Shown piece after piece: positions 11,010 through 23,149 of a stretch of 64,000 bases of DNA (position 1 is its first letter; the number at the start of each line of letters is the position of its first letter). The position numbers were made by a program, and so were the translations under genes. This DNA comes from Eledone cirrhosa (taxonomy: Eukaryota). The DNA lies in assembly GCA_964016885.1 (NCBI GenBank), contig OZ024741.1:210366001-210430000 (forward strand), written 5' to 3'. The notes under the pieces were generated by a model. The model ran no database searches. It saw only the letters and a program-made list of their open reading frames with translations, and was not told the origin of the DNA.

Positions 11010-12175
11010 TTATATATTCGTGTACAGATATTTTTGCATACACAAAAACAAAATATAAACAAACGTATTTATTTCACGAAAGCACAGACGGCTTATCCTC
11101 ATTGTTACTGCCGATATGCCACCCAAAAAGTCCTAGCCTGGCCGCAAGATCAGATTTTCCAGAGTAACAGAGAGACTAAGCTTCGCGATTACCATCAACA
11201 AAGCTTAGGGTCAAACTCTAAATGTAGCTGGCCTTCATCTGGGAAAACCATGGTCAATTGTATGTAGGATGCTCTCGGGTGAGCTCGCCAAACAATCTCT
11301 TCATCTTTTCTCCCGAGAGCCGAACAAAAAATATTGTGTAGTCTGAGGCTCTAACAATGTAATTTATGTATTTTCTGTTACTTGGAATGTCCATTATGGT
11401 TGTACAAATTATTGTAAAGTTTGTTAAAAAATGTATTCTCTGTTCATCCTTTATTGTTGTAAGTATCAATTTTCTTTAACGTGCTGGCTGAGAAAAGAAA
11501 CCTACAATGAAAGAACATCTTAAAGTTTACCCAAGCCAAATGTTGTATTTATTAACATTTCTGTCTGTAGGTTCTTAGCAAGCTTACTGGCGCTTTAGTG
11601 TGGTATTCAATTCTCATACCGTTTTTGATTGATATGGTGCATATATCGCATATATGTTTTAAACATTAGATAACGATTGCTGATGTATATTGTACGACAG
11701 AATTAGCTGAAAAATATTTTGGATGAACAAATAAAAAATATATAAAAGAGAGATGTTTGTTGGTTGGTTCCTTCGCGTATCACACGAAAAAAACGAAGTG
11801 GCAATCGGAAAGTATGTACAGGATTGGGATAAGAGTATATCCAGGAAAGTTTATTGATACTAATTTTATAACACCAAAGAAGAAGAAAAACATACCACGT
11901 ATGCTAACCAACCTGACTGCTATTTCTAGCAGGTTGGGAATCAACCATAAGGGATTCTCTCTCGAGTTCGTTATCAGTGATGATCGTGTTTCGCGCCCTA
12001 TATCTCCGACTCCAACACACGCACAAGCACACACACGAACACTCACGCATGCACATACACACACACAATACACACACACTGGAAACAAGACAATGCATTT
12101 AATACAGACGTTTTCTCTTCTGCCGGTCTTCTCATACCATTTGTTAACCCTGGCGAAGCTGGATACCTCAGCTAG
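11010..12175 (+). mobile_element. Non-autonomous or decayed Helitron
   Basis: 11173-11362 encodes a PIF1-helicase C-terminus (SFAITINKA*GQTL..HGQLYVGCSRV..TKNIV*SEAL). The 3' end CCCTGGCGAAGCTGG..CAGCTAG|T at 12148-12175 fits the hairpin plus CTAG terminus. The 5' boundary is uncertain. Confidence 0.8.
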
Positions 12176-12631
12176 TATATATATATATGTCTGACCGTTT
12201 AGCAGTTCTCTTCTCACTTACAACTGCGGTCATCGGGCGTGTGTCATCTTTCTCTCGATTACTTAAGTCTCGAACTTAAGTTCTTTTATCGAGTGGTCTT
12301 GGATTTCCTACCTATAGTTGCTCGCATATTGCTTGGTTTGTGTTTTTTTCTTCTTCGGTGTTTTGTTATTGTTTCTCTTTCCTTCCCCTTTGCTTTCCTT
12401 CCCTCCTTCCTTTGTTTTCCCAATAACGTATCCAGTTATTGACGCCCTGGTGTGAAGTGGTATCTTGTCTTTAAAGCATAGAAATATCCTAGACCCCATA
12501 GACAACTGATGAGGAACCCCCACGCCCGTTCTCGCTTTCTTCGTATTCCCACTGCATTTTAAGTTACTTTAAATAGCAACTACACAGCCATTTCTATTCT
12601 CCATATATTTCATCATTATATATATATATAA

Positions 12632-12816
12632 AGGGCGGTGGATTGGCAGTATCGGTAGAGGGTCGGACGCCATGCTTTCCAACATAGTTACGTCCCTTTA
12701 TGATCTGAGTTCAAATCCCGCCGAGGTTGACTTTGCCTTTCATCCTTACGGGGTCGATAAAATAAAGTACCAGTGATGCACTGGGTAATTGCTGGCCTTG
12801 TGCCAAAAGTAGAAAC

Positions 12817-12822
<6 letters not shown>
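12632..12822 (+). mobile_element. tRNA-derived SINE, full length
   Basis: A-box-like TGGCAGTATCGG, B-box GAGTTCAAATCC, central GCCTTTCATCCTTACGGGGTCGATAAAATAAAGTACCAG and tail GCCTTGTGCCAAAAGTAGAAACAATTA. Many copies in the window. Confidence 0.9.
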
Positions 12823-12893
<71 letters not shown>

Positions 12894-13422
12894 TATTCAT
12901 TAGTTAAGCAAATCAAGACCACAAAATTCACATTGAAGACGTTAGTTAAAGAGTGTCAACTTAGTTGCAGTTTAATGTAAGGAATAATAATGTTCGTTTA
13001 CAATGGTAATGTTCGTTTACAATGGTAATGCAACGGAAAGAGAGGAAGAGGAGAAACAAGTCCGTGATATCTGTGAACTTAAGTTCGATCAAATCACGGA
13101 TGAAACACATAGACGCGTCCGAGCCATGTGAGATGTAAGCGAGAAAAGGAATTCACACAGTTCAGGCGGGAGGAAGTGACTTTTTTTTAGTTATTGCTCG
13201 CACCAGCCAGAGGTATATGATCTTTAATGCGAAGAAATACCAACGACGGCTGGAAGATCACTGATGACGGACGCCTTATCTTTTGTTCGAATTATATATA
13301 TATATATATATATATATAGTTATGTAATTAACAACGTAAGACAATTATTCCATTTACCAAAGGTTTCACGAAGACAGATGAGCTCGACACAGACATCTGA
13401 TATCGTTCATATATATATATAT

Positions 13423-13512
<90 letters not shown>

Positions 13513-14053
13513 AATCGAAAATGCAACTGGAGTCTTATTTAAAAATATATATATATTTATTTGGTTCCTTTATCGGTTTCGCAGTTCTTCTGCTTTTCAA
13601 AAGTAGAGTTGAGATGGAGGGTCTGTGGTTTTTCTCACATCTGGTTGGTCTTTGAATGTTACTTGTTTTATACGGAAAAAAGTGGCTCGAAACGCCAGGT
13701 TTTTAGAGAAGTAATTTGATTAGTTGGTTAATAAGTATAATAAATTTCGCGCCAGTTCGCGTTACAAAGTTCTTCAAACATATATGAGTGAAGTTTGGTT
13801 GGTTGATGCAGTCACGTGAATAAGCACATCAGCTTTCGCGCCAGTTTGTTTGTATTTCTTTTTACTTAAAAGAAGGGGCTCTCGAAGACTTTTTTTTATA
13901 AATGTTATTTGATTGGTTATAAATGAAATTATGGCAGTCAGGTGAACAAGTTCATTAAATTTCGCGCCCGTATTTGGGAATTTATTTTGTAGCTTTTAGA
14001 GAATTTTATGACAAATATTTTTTAGACCAAGGCTACAGGACCCACGACACTCG

Positions 14054-16221
14054 GTGGTACAAACCGATTTTGAAAAACCGAAAATAATCAACCTTTCAAA
14101 TACAAACCTCTCAGCCCAACAAGTTAAAATTCTCCCCAAAGGACTGAAATTCACACCAACACCACCATACTCTAACCTCAATGAGATAAATGACGATATC
14201 TCACACTTCTATAGAAAATTACGTCTCACAGAGGAATCTTTTGACAAGGAGAATAACGACCAATCAATTGTACGGAATAAAAGCAGGACACATTTTGTGA
14301 CCACATAGCTAGTTCCCATACCATGAACTACCGCGACCTAAACCCAAACCCAACACGAGTCGAAGGGAATGGGAGATTATCAATGAACTAAAAAACAATA
14401 CGGACATTATAATTAAGGAAGCGGACAAGGGAAGTACTGTTGTCATTATGGATGCTGAAAAATTCTATGTTCTCTCTCTTACAAAACACACTGATTTGTC
14501 GATACCAGGAAAACTTAACTAAAAAGAAACGCGATTATTTAACACAGTTTGAATACAAAACCAGCAACCTTTACGGACTTCCGAAGATCCACAAGGGTAA
14601 AATAATTAACGATGCCTGTTAACAATCCACCTCGGCCTGCGTGAACACACAATACCCCACAAACCTTAAATTAAGACCAATTGTAGCGGGCCCACAATGT
14701 GAAACACACAGACTGAGCAACTTTATAGACATACTACTAAAACCAATTCTCAAACACATACCAAGCCTTGTAAGAGACGATCTGGACCTCTTAAACCACT
14801 TCCCCAAACATGTAAACAACGACACTATTATTGTGTCTTTCGATGTAGTGAATCTCTACACAACGATCCCACACCAATACGGACTAGAAGCAATAGGATT
14901 CTGGCTAGAGAAATATCCCAATGAGATACCTGGCAGAATAGAAAAAAGCTTCATCATCGAGGGATTAAAATATATCTTACAGAACAACTTTTTTGATTTC
15001 GATGGCACTACTTACAAGCAAATATCGGGGACTGCGATGGGTACAAAAGCAGCTCCAACTTATGCGAACTTAGTCAGGGCATATTTAGAAGTACAGATAT
15101 AAGAACAGTCCAAATCAAAATACGGATTGAACTTCCACAAATATTTATCAGAGAATTGGAAACGCTACTTGGATGATTGTCTCATTCTTTGGTCCCACAC
15201 ACTCGACCAACTGAATGATTACAAAAATTTAATTAACGGCATCAATAACCACGTCCAATTCACAATGGAATACAGCCAAGATCAACTCCCATTTCTGGAC
15301 ATCTTAATCTTAAAAAAAGACACAAATATTGAAACTGACATACACTACAAACCAACAGATTCCAAACAATACCTGCTATTCACCTCCAACCATCCAAAGC
15401 ACACGAAGACGAACATTCCTTTTAACCTAGCAAGAAGAATTTGCACAATTGTCTCTATTTATGAAACGCGAAATAAAAGACTTCAAGAATTAAAGGAAAT
15501 TCTACTCGAAAGACAGTACCCAACATTACTAATAATTAATGGAATAGAAATAGCTAAAGCAATAGGCATTGATGAATTACGAAACCAGAAATAAATTCAA
15601 GGTACGTCCAATATTCTATCATATATCTCAACACACAACCCAAGAAATGCGGAAGCTTACAACACTATTCACAAGAACATCCCACTATTGAAACAAGACC
15701 CAAGAATGAAAAAAGCCCTTGAAACACACAAAATAATCAAAAGCAAAAGACAACCGAAATCACTGAAAATATTACTCACCAATGCCAAATTACCTACCAC
15801 AAACCCACAACCAACTGTCAAAAAATGTGGTCACTCTAATTGTGGAACCTGCACTCACCTCATTGAAGGCAACACGTATACATTTCAATCAGGACAACAT
15901 TTTGCTGTAAAAAATCATTTCACTTGCTCATCAAAAAATCTAATTCATGCTATTAAATGTAAAGGATGCAATGAAGATTATATAGGACAAACTAAACTCA
16001 CACTCAGAAACAGAATGACAGTTCATCGCCAACAATTACGAGATCCAACCACGAGAGAGAGACCACTAAGCGCACATCTAGACATATGCGCAAGTAATAA
16101 GACACCCAAATTCCAAGTCTTCCCATTTTACCTTTGCGCTGACAATACAACAGAACACATACGAATAAATAAGGAAAATATGTTTATTCAAAAATATAGA
16201 CCAGCATTAAATATGGTTTAA
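14054..16221 (+). pseudogene. Disrupted PLE RT plus GIY-YIG ORF
   Basis: IINLS..KGLKFTPTP, ADKG, YGLPKIHK, RPIVAG, SFDVVNLYTTIP, GTAMGTKAAPTYANL, RYLDDC, LPFLD, YKPTD, CGHSNCGTC linker and AIKCKGCNEDYIGQT. Several stops, frameshifts and deletions. Confidence 0.92.
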
Positions 16222-17302
16222 TATACATTATGTCAACACCATAACATGTTAACCATCCAAACAGACACATACACACACACATAACACCTTCTACTTTAGA
16301 AAATAAAAACCCGAACTAAATAAAGCTTAACATACGTTTACGCTGACAATACAACAAAACAAATACGAATAAATAAGGAAAATATGTTCATTCAAAAATA
16401 TTTCTACTAACGGAATCATCTTCCTACCCCCCCCCCCCCCCACACGTACAAAATATATATTCTCTTCATTTTAACATGCTAACCATACTCCCACATACAC
16501 AGATAACTCCCATAAACGCACATAACACCCACACACACACAACTCCCTCCCCCATTTCTACTAATAGAATCACTTTCCTACACACATACACACACACAAA
16601 ATATATATATTCTCTCCACCTCAACATACTCCCCCCCCCCACACACACATAACACCCATATACACACACACACACACAACTCCCTCCCCCATTTCTACTA
16701 ATAGAATCATCTTCCTATACACACACACAAATAAACATACATATCTCTAATTTCTTTATTTCAATAGAAATTCTGAATTCTGACACCCCTGCACACCAGC
16801 CATATTTACTGAACCAGAACAATTCTCCCATCCCATTTCTCTTGACCATTATCTTTTGTTTGTCATGAAATTCTCTAAATGGCTACAAAATAAATTCCCA
16901 AATACGGGCGCTAAATTTAATGAACTTGTTCACGTGACAGTCATAATTTCATTTATAACCAATCAAATTACATTTATAAAAAAAAACCTTCGTGATCCCC
17001 TTTTTTTAATGTAAAAAGAAATTTAAACAAACAGGCGCGAAAGCTGATGTGCTTATTCACGTGACTGCATCAACCAACCAAACTTCACTCATATATGAAA
17101 AAAACAACCTGAGCCCCCACCCCCTTGTTTGAAGAACTTTGTAACACGAATTGGCGCGAAATGTATTATACTTATTGACCAACCAATCAAATTACTTCTC
17201 TAAAAGCCTGGCGTTTCGAGCCACTTTTTTCCATATAAAACAAGTAACATTCAAAGACCAACCATATGTGAGAAAAACCACAGACGCTCCATCTCAACTC
17301 TA

Positions 17303-17338
17303 CTTTTGAAAAGCAGAAATACTGCGAAACCGGTAAAG
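17303..17338 (+). ncRNA. Minimal type I hammerhead with U3-A8 core (inverted copy at 13568-13603, minus)
   Basis: CTT-TTGAAAA-GCAG AAATA CTGC-GAAA-CCGG-TA-AAG. Confidence 0.72.
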
Positions 17339-17808
17339 GAACTAAATAATATATATATATATATATTTTTTAAAATAAGACTCCAGTTGCATTTTCGATT
17401 TCATCTTTTTTTCTCTATACTTTTACTCGTGTAGGACACCTCGGTTATTTTTCATTTTGTAAAAAAACCTCACTTTCTAATATAAATATATATATATATA
17501 TATACATGTGAAGTAATTCCGTCGGAAAAGTCCAGGAAAAAAGAGTGCTCTATGTAAGCAACAGAGCTTAATTATTATTATGTAATAAACAACATAAGGC
17601 AATTATTCCATTTACCAGTGGTTTCTTAAAAGCAAAAGGTTTTGCTTTCAATCCTCAGAATGAAAAAAATCCTGGTTTGTTTATTGAATTTGGATCTTAA
17701 AAAAACACAAAAAGCAAGCTATATGAAAGTGAGGCTGGAGAAGGAAGAAGGAAAGGAAAAATAAAATAAGACTACACATACAACCACACATACACGAAAA
17801 AACATAAA

Positions 17809-17904
<96 letters not shown>

Positions 17905-18376
17905 TACACACACACGTTATTCCGGGTTGAATCGGAGGCAGCCACAGTAAGCAAGGCACTCAGTACACCGCAGAGCATGAAAGTTTTAATATAGATGAGA
18001 ATCTGTATATGTATACAAACACATACACACACACACACACACACGCATGTGTATGCGCGCACGCACGCACGCGTATACAAATATAAATATACTTCCCCCA
18101 TACACATGTGTGTGCGTGCAAGTGTCTCGTGAATTAGATTATACTTAGAAAATGTCTACAGAATTCCCTAAACCTTCGTCAATTTACTAGAACCTTTAAG
18201 AATTTAGCTTTTAAGGAATCTCCCCTTCCTCCAAATCTATCTACCATGACTGACCCCATACTGATCTTACAGACACCTGTAAGCTAAAGAGAAACCTAAT
18301 GATAAGGATTGGCTCCAATCTGAATACAGAAATCTGTCTGCCTTTGTTCCTCTAAGAACACACATATACAAACACT

Positions 18377-18442
<66 letters not shown>

Positions 18443-18605
18443 AACATATCTACACACACACACGCATACATATATATATATACACACACACATACACACA
18501 CACATACACACACACACACATGCATATATACACACACATTTACACACACACACACACACACACATATATACACGCATATATATACATACATATATATATA
18601 TATAT

Positions 18606-20511
18606 ATGCGTATTAATGATATCAAGTTTCGTAAGTACAATAATAACTTTCAAACCAAACTTTCTAACGATATTTCTAATTTTAGAAATTCTACAAACAC
18701 TTTCGTTCTTTCTGATAAAACTAAAAACCTCTTTGAAGTTAATAGTACTTTGTATAACCAACTTTTAACTAATAGTATTACCAATAAATATCAATTAACT
18801 AATAATAATACCTACAATACTATCAATAAAGAAGCTAAAGAACTAGCTAGTTCTTTACAAATAGATAACCGGATCGAAAGCTTAGCTAAGCGTAAAGAAT
18901 ATATTACCCTTAAAGACCATAAATTGCACTTTACTAATCGACCTAGTTGTAGATTGATTAGCCCGGCTAAATCCGAGGCTGGCCTTGTAAGTAAGAATAT
19001 CTTAAGAAAAATAATTCTCCAAATCAGAACTAACACTGACCTATCACAGTGGCTAAATACTTCCTCTGTTATTTCTTGGTTCAATAATATACAAGGTAAA
19101 CATAAGTGTAGATTTACCCAGTTTGATATTGTCGATTTTTACCCTTCTATTACTGTTTCCTTATTAACTAAGGCCTTAGATTTTGCAAGACCCTCCATTA
19201 ATATTTCTAAATTAGAAGAAGACATTATCCTCCATGCTAGAAAAACTTTACTTTTTACTAATGATAATATTTGGGTTAAAAAGTCAAACCCTGAAAACTC
19301 TTTTCATGTCGCAATGGGTTCATATGACAGTGCGGATGTGTGTGACTTAGTTGGATTGTTCCTTCTCCACACCCTCAAAGAGAAATTTCCGTCCCATAAT
19401 ATCGGTTTATACCGTGATGACGGATTAGCAGTTTCTCATACCACCAACGGCCATGACCTTGATAAATTCCGTAAAGATTTAATCAATACTTTTGCTAATC
19501 TTAACCTTAAAATTACTATAGATACGAACCTTACTAATGCTAACTTTCTTGATATTAATCTTGATTTACTTACTGCCTCTTTTAAACCCTACCATAAACC
19601 TAACGAAAATCTTAGGTATATACACAAAGAGTCTTGCCATCCCCCTATAGTTTTTAATAATCTTATTCCTAACATTAGCCGTAGGATTTCTACCTTATTT
19701 TCGTCTATAGACATTTTTAATAAAGCCGCCCCTTATTATAATAAAGCCCTTAAGAACAGCGGTTTTACATAAAAAAATTATTTACCTACTCCCCCCCCCC
19801 CCCCCTAAAACTAACCACAATAACAGGAAAAGAAAGATTATTTGGTTCACACCCCCCTTCTCTCTAACTGTCAAAACTAATGTAGGAAGGAAATTCCTTG
19901 AACTATTAGACAAACATTTTCCTCCTAATCATAGATACTATAAGATATTTAATAGGAACGTAGTCAAGATCAGCTACTCTTGTTGCCCATCTATGAAGTC
20001 CAAAATCACCAGCTCAAAGCGGACGAGAATAAATCCAGGATGCAGTTGCAGGAAGCCGGACGAATGCCCATTGCAGGGTAGATGTAACACTAAATCTGTC
20101 GTTTATGAGGCTACGATAACACCAGTAATCAACAACCAGCCAGCCAGGAGTGAGCGATATGTCGGTATGACCCAGGACAGGTTTAAAACCAGATTTTACT
20201 CACATGTCGCTTCTTTTAAGCACTCCGATAAACGAACATCAACGGCCCTCGCAAGTAAGGTGTGGGAACTCAAGGATAGTAACATCCCGTACTCTATTGA
20301 TTGGTCTATATTAGACGATTCGAGGGAGTACCAAAGGGGCACAAAGAATTGTTCTTTGTGTACCACAGAAAAGTATAGGATTTTGCTAAACTTGAGAGAC
20401 ACTTCCGCTTGCCTTAATTCAAAGACTGAGATCTTCAGATGCTGTCCTCATCTGAGACCGCACCTGATCTGTAACTGGATTGACACTCCTATGAGAAATC
20501 AACCGCCTTGA
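18606..20511 (+). pseudogene. 5'-truncated PLE RT plus GIY-YIG ORF, interrupted at about 19770-19805
   Basis: SDKT, ITLKDHK, CRLISPAKSE, QFDIVDFYPSI, AMGSYDSADVCDLVG, YRDDGL, NFLD, WFTPPFS, CSCRKPDECPLQGRC, VVYEA..RYVGMT, CSLC and CPH. Confidence 0.92.
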
Positions 20512-20903
20512 ACTCCTCTCCCGCTCTTTACTTCTGCTACGGCTTTTATTTTACAGTTTCTACGTTCTGTACTCTTGTATACTTACATTTATTATATATA
20601 TATTTTTTTCTCCCTTACCTCCCCTTATATTTTACCTTCTCCTATGCGCCCCCCCACATATATTCTTTTTGCCTTGCCCTCCACATACCTATGTGTATGT
20701 GTATGTATATTTGTGTGTATGTGTGTATATATATATATATGGGTGTATATATATATACATATAGATATGTGTGTGTATGTGTATGTGTGTATGTATATAT
20801 GTTTATACGTATGTGTGTGTGTGTGCCTGTGTGTATGTATTTATATGTGTATGTATTTGTGTGTGTGTGTATATATGTGTATGTGTGGATAAGCCAGGTT
20901 TCT

Positions 20904-20962
20904 CTCATCCTGAAGATTGTAGGAAAAGTTTTTTTGCTGTTAAGAAACCCTTGGTAAATGGA
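20904..20962 (+). ncRNA. Type I hammerhead, diverged internal copy
   Basis: CTCATC-CTGAAGA-[TTGTAGG..GCTGTTAA]-GAAA-CCCTTGG-TA-AATGGA; paralog of 22807-22866. Confidence 0.65.
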
Positions 20963-21131
20963 ATAATTGCCTTATGTTGCTTTAATACTTTACTACTATA
21001 TATACGTATATGTAAGGTCCTTATGATTTATCTAAGATTGAGTTTTACATACACACACGCATATACGTGTGTGTATGCGTATGCATGTGTGTGTGCGTGG
21101 TTGTGTGTATGTGTGTATATGTGTATATGCA

Positions 21132-21178
<47 letters not shown>

Positions 21179-21800
21179 ATATGTGTGTGTGTACATATGT
21201 GCGTGTGTATATATTGATAATTGTATATGTGTGTGTGTGTGTGTGTATATGTATGTGTGTGTGTGTGTGTGTTTGTGTTCTGTTGTGCGAGTTTATGATA
21301 TATACGTATTTGTATGTGTATAATTGTTTAGCTATGTATGTATATGTGTGTGTATGTGTACGTGTATATATATGTGTGTGTGTACGTTTGTATTTATGTA
21401 TATATGTGTGGGTGTATATGTATGCTTATATGTGTGTGTGTGCATATAGTTATATACACGTGTGTGTGTGTGTATAGATTGTACACTTGTGCGTGGTTTT
21501 TCATGTATGCGTATGTATGTGTTTTTGTATTTGTATTTAACATTTTTTTATGTGTGAGAGTGTGTGAATGCGTTGACTATTTCGTGCGTATGTATATGTG
21601 CTTTTGTGTGTGTTTCTTACCACGCTTGTCTGTCCAGTTTGCTGCCTTATGTAACGGTCTCAATGTTTTTATAATATATATATATATATATATATTTTTT
21701 TTTTCCTATATTTATTTGCGTGTGTGAATATGTAGAGGAGTGCATTTATGTATGTGTATGCATGTACGTGTGTATATATGTTTGATTGTGTGAATGTATG

Positions 21801-21842
<42 letters not shown>

Positions 21843-22046
21843 GGTATGGCTATGTGTACGTATGTGTATGCGTGTACGCACGCGCATATATATATATATG
21901 TATGTATATATATGCGTGTATATATGTGTGTGTGTGTGTGTGTATATGTGTGTGTATATATATGCATGTGTGTGTGTATGTATGTGTGTGTGTGTATGTG
22001 TGTGTGTATATATATATATGTATGCGTGTGTGTGTGTAGATATGTT

Positions 22047-22109
<63 letters not shown>

Positions 22110-22448
22110 ATGAATGTTTGTATATGTTTGTTCTTAGAGGAACAAAGGCAGACAGATTTCTGTATTCAGATTGGAGCCAATCCTTATCATTAGGTTTCTC
22201 TTTAGCTTACAGGTGTCTGTAAGATCAGTATGGGGTCAGTTATGGTAGATAGATTTGGAGGAAGGGGAGATTCCTTAAAAGCTAAATTCTTAAAGGTTCT
22301 AGTAAATTGACGAAGGTTTAGGGAATTCTGTAGACATTTTCTAAGTATAATCTAATTCACGAGACACTTGCACGCACACACATGTGTATGGGGGAAGTAT
22401 ATTTATATTTGTATACGCGTGCGTGCGTGCGCGCATACACATGCGTGT

Positions 22449-22509
<61 letters not shown>

Positions 22510-22629
22510 TATACATATACAGATTCTCATCTATATTAAAACTTTCATGCTCTGCGGTGTACTGAGTGCCTTGCTTACTGTGGCTGCCTCCGATTCAACC
22601 CGGAATAACGTGTGTGTGTATGCGTGTGT

Positions 22630-22676
<47 letters not shown>

Positions 22677-22806
22677 TTTATGTTTTTTCGTGTATGTGTA
22701 GTCTTATTTTATTTTTCCTTTCCTTCTTCCTTCTCCAGCCTCACTTTCATATAGCTTGCTTTTTTTGTTTTTTTAAGATCCAAATTCAATAAACAAACCA
22801 GGATTT

Positions 22807-22866
22807 TTTCATTCTGAGGATTGAAAGCAAAACCTTTTGCTTTTAAGAAACCACTGGTAAATGGAA
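22807..22866 (+). ncRNA. Type I hammerhead (inverted copy at 17606-17665, minus)
   Basis: TTTCATT-CTGAGGA-TTGAAAGCAAAA CC TTTTGCTTTTAA-GAAA-CCACTGG-TA-AATGGAA. Confidence 0.85.
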
Positions 22867-22912
22867 TAATTGCCTTATGTTGTTTATTACATAATAATAT
22901 ATATATATACAT

Positions 22913-23125
22913 ATAAGTTTATCCCGGGTTCAATCGGGGGTAATCACAGAAAGTAAGGTATTTAATACATAGCAAACTATAAGTATTTAATATAGAAATG
23001 GCTTCTCCAGGACTAGAACTGTTTCATTCGGGAGAAATCATCAGGAAGCCCTGGTGATGGTATCAGGCTTCCTGATGATTTCTCACGAATGAAATAGTTC
23101 TAGTCCTGTAGAAGCCATTTCTATT
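22913..23125. mobile_element. PLE terminus palindrome (22992-23123) plus tail, with a hammerhead on each arm
   Basis: GGCTTC-CTGATGA-TTTCTCACGAAT-GAAA-TAGTTCTAGTCCTG-TA-GAAGCC on the plus strand, mirrored on the minus strand; embedded in (TA)n. Confidence 0.8.
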
Positions 23126-23149
23126 ATATATATATATAAATATATATAT

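Larger units (their letters stand above)
13508..17482 (+). mobile_element. Penelope-like element, Neptune-type, with inverted terminal copy (13508-14013 versus 16859-17405) and tail to about 17482
   Basis: An inverted repeat of about 500 bp flanks a degenerate RT-GIY-YIG ORF; flanks are (GA)n and (TA)n. Confidence 0.9.
17505..22898 (+). mobile_element. Penelope-like element, probably Hydra-type, with ~1-kb inverted terminal copy (17574-18610 versus 21883-22898) and tail 17505-17573
   Basis: The arms match across unique and microsatellite sequence, and the body carries a 5'-truncated RT-EN ORF. Confidence 0.9.

Noticed and set aside
12470-12545. CTGATGA followed by a hairpin
   Set aside because: There is no correctly placed GAAA or stem I, so no hammerhead can be built.
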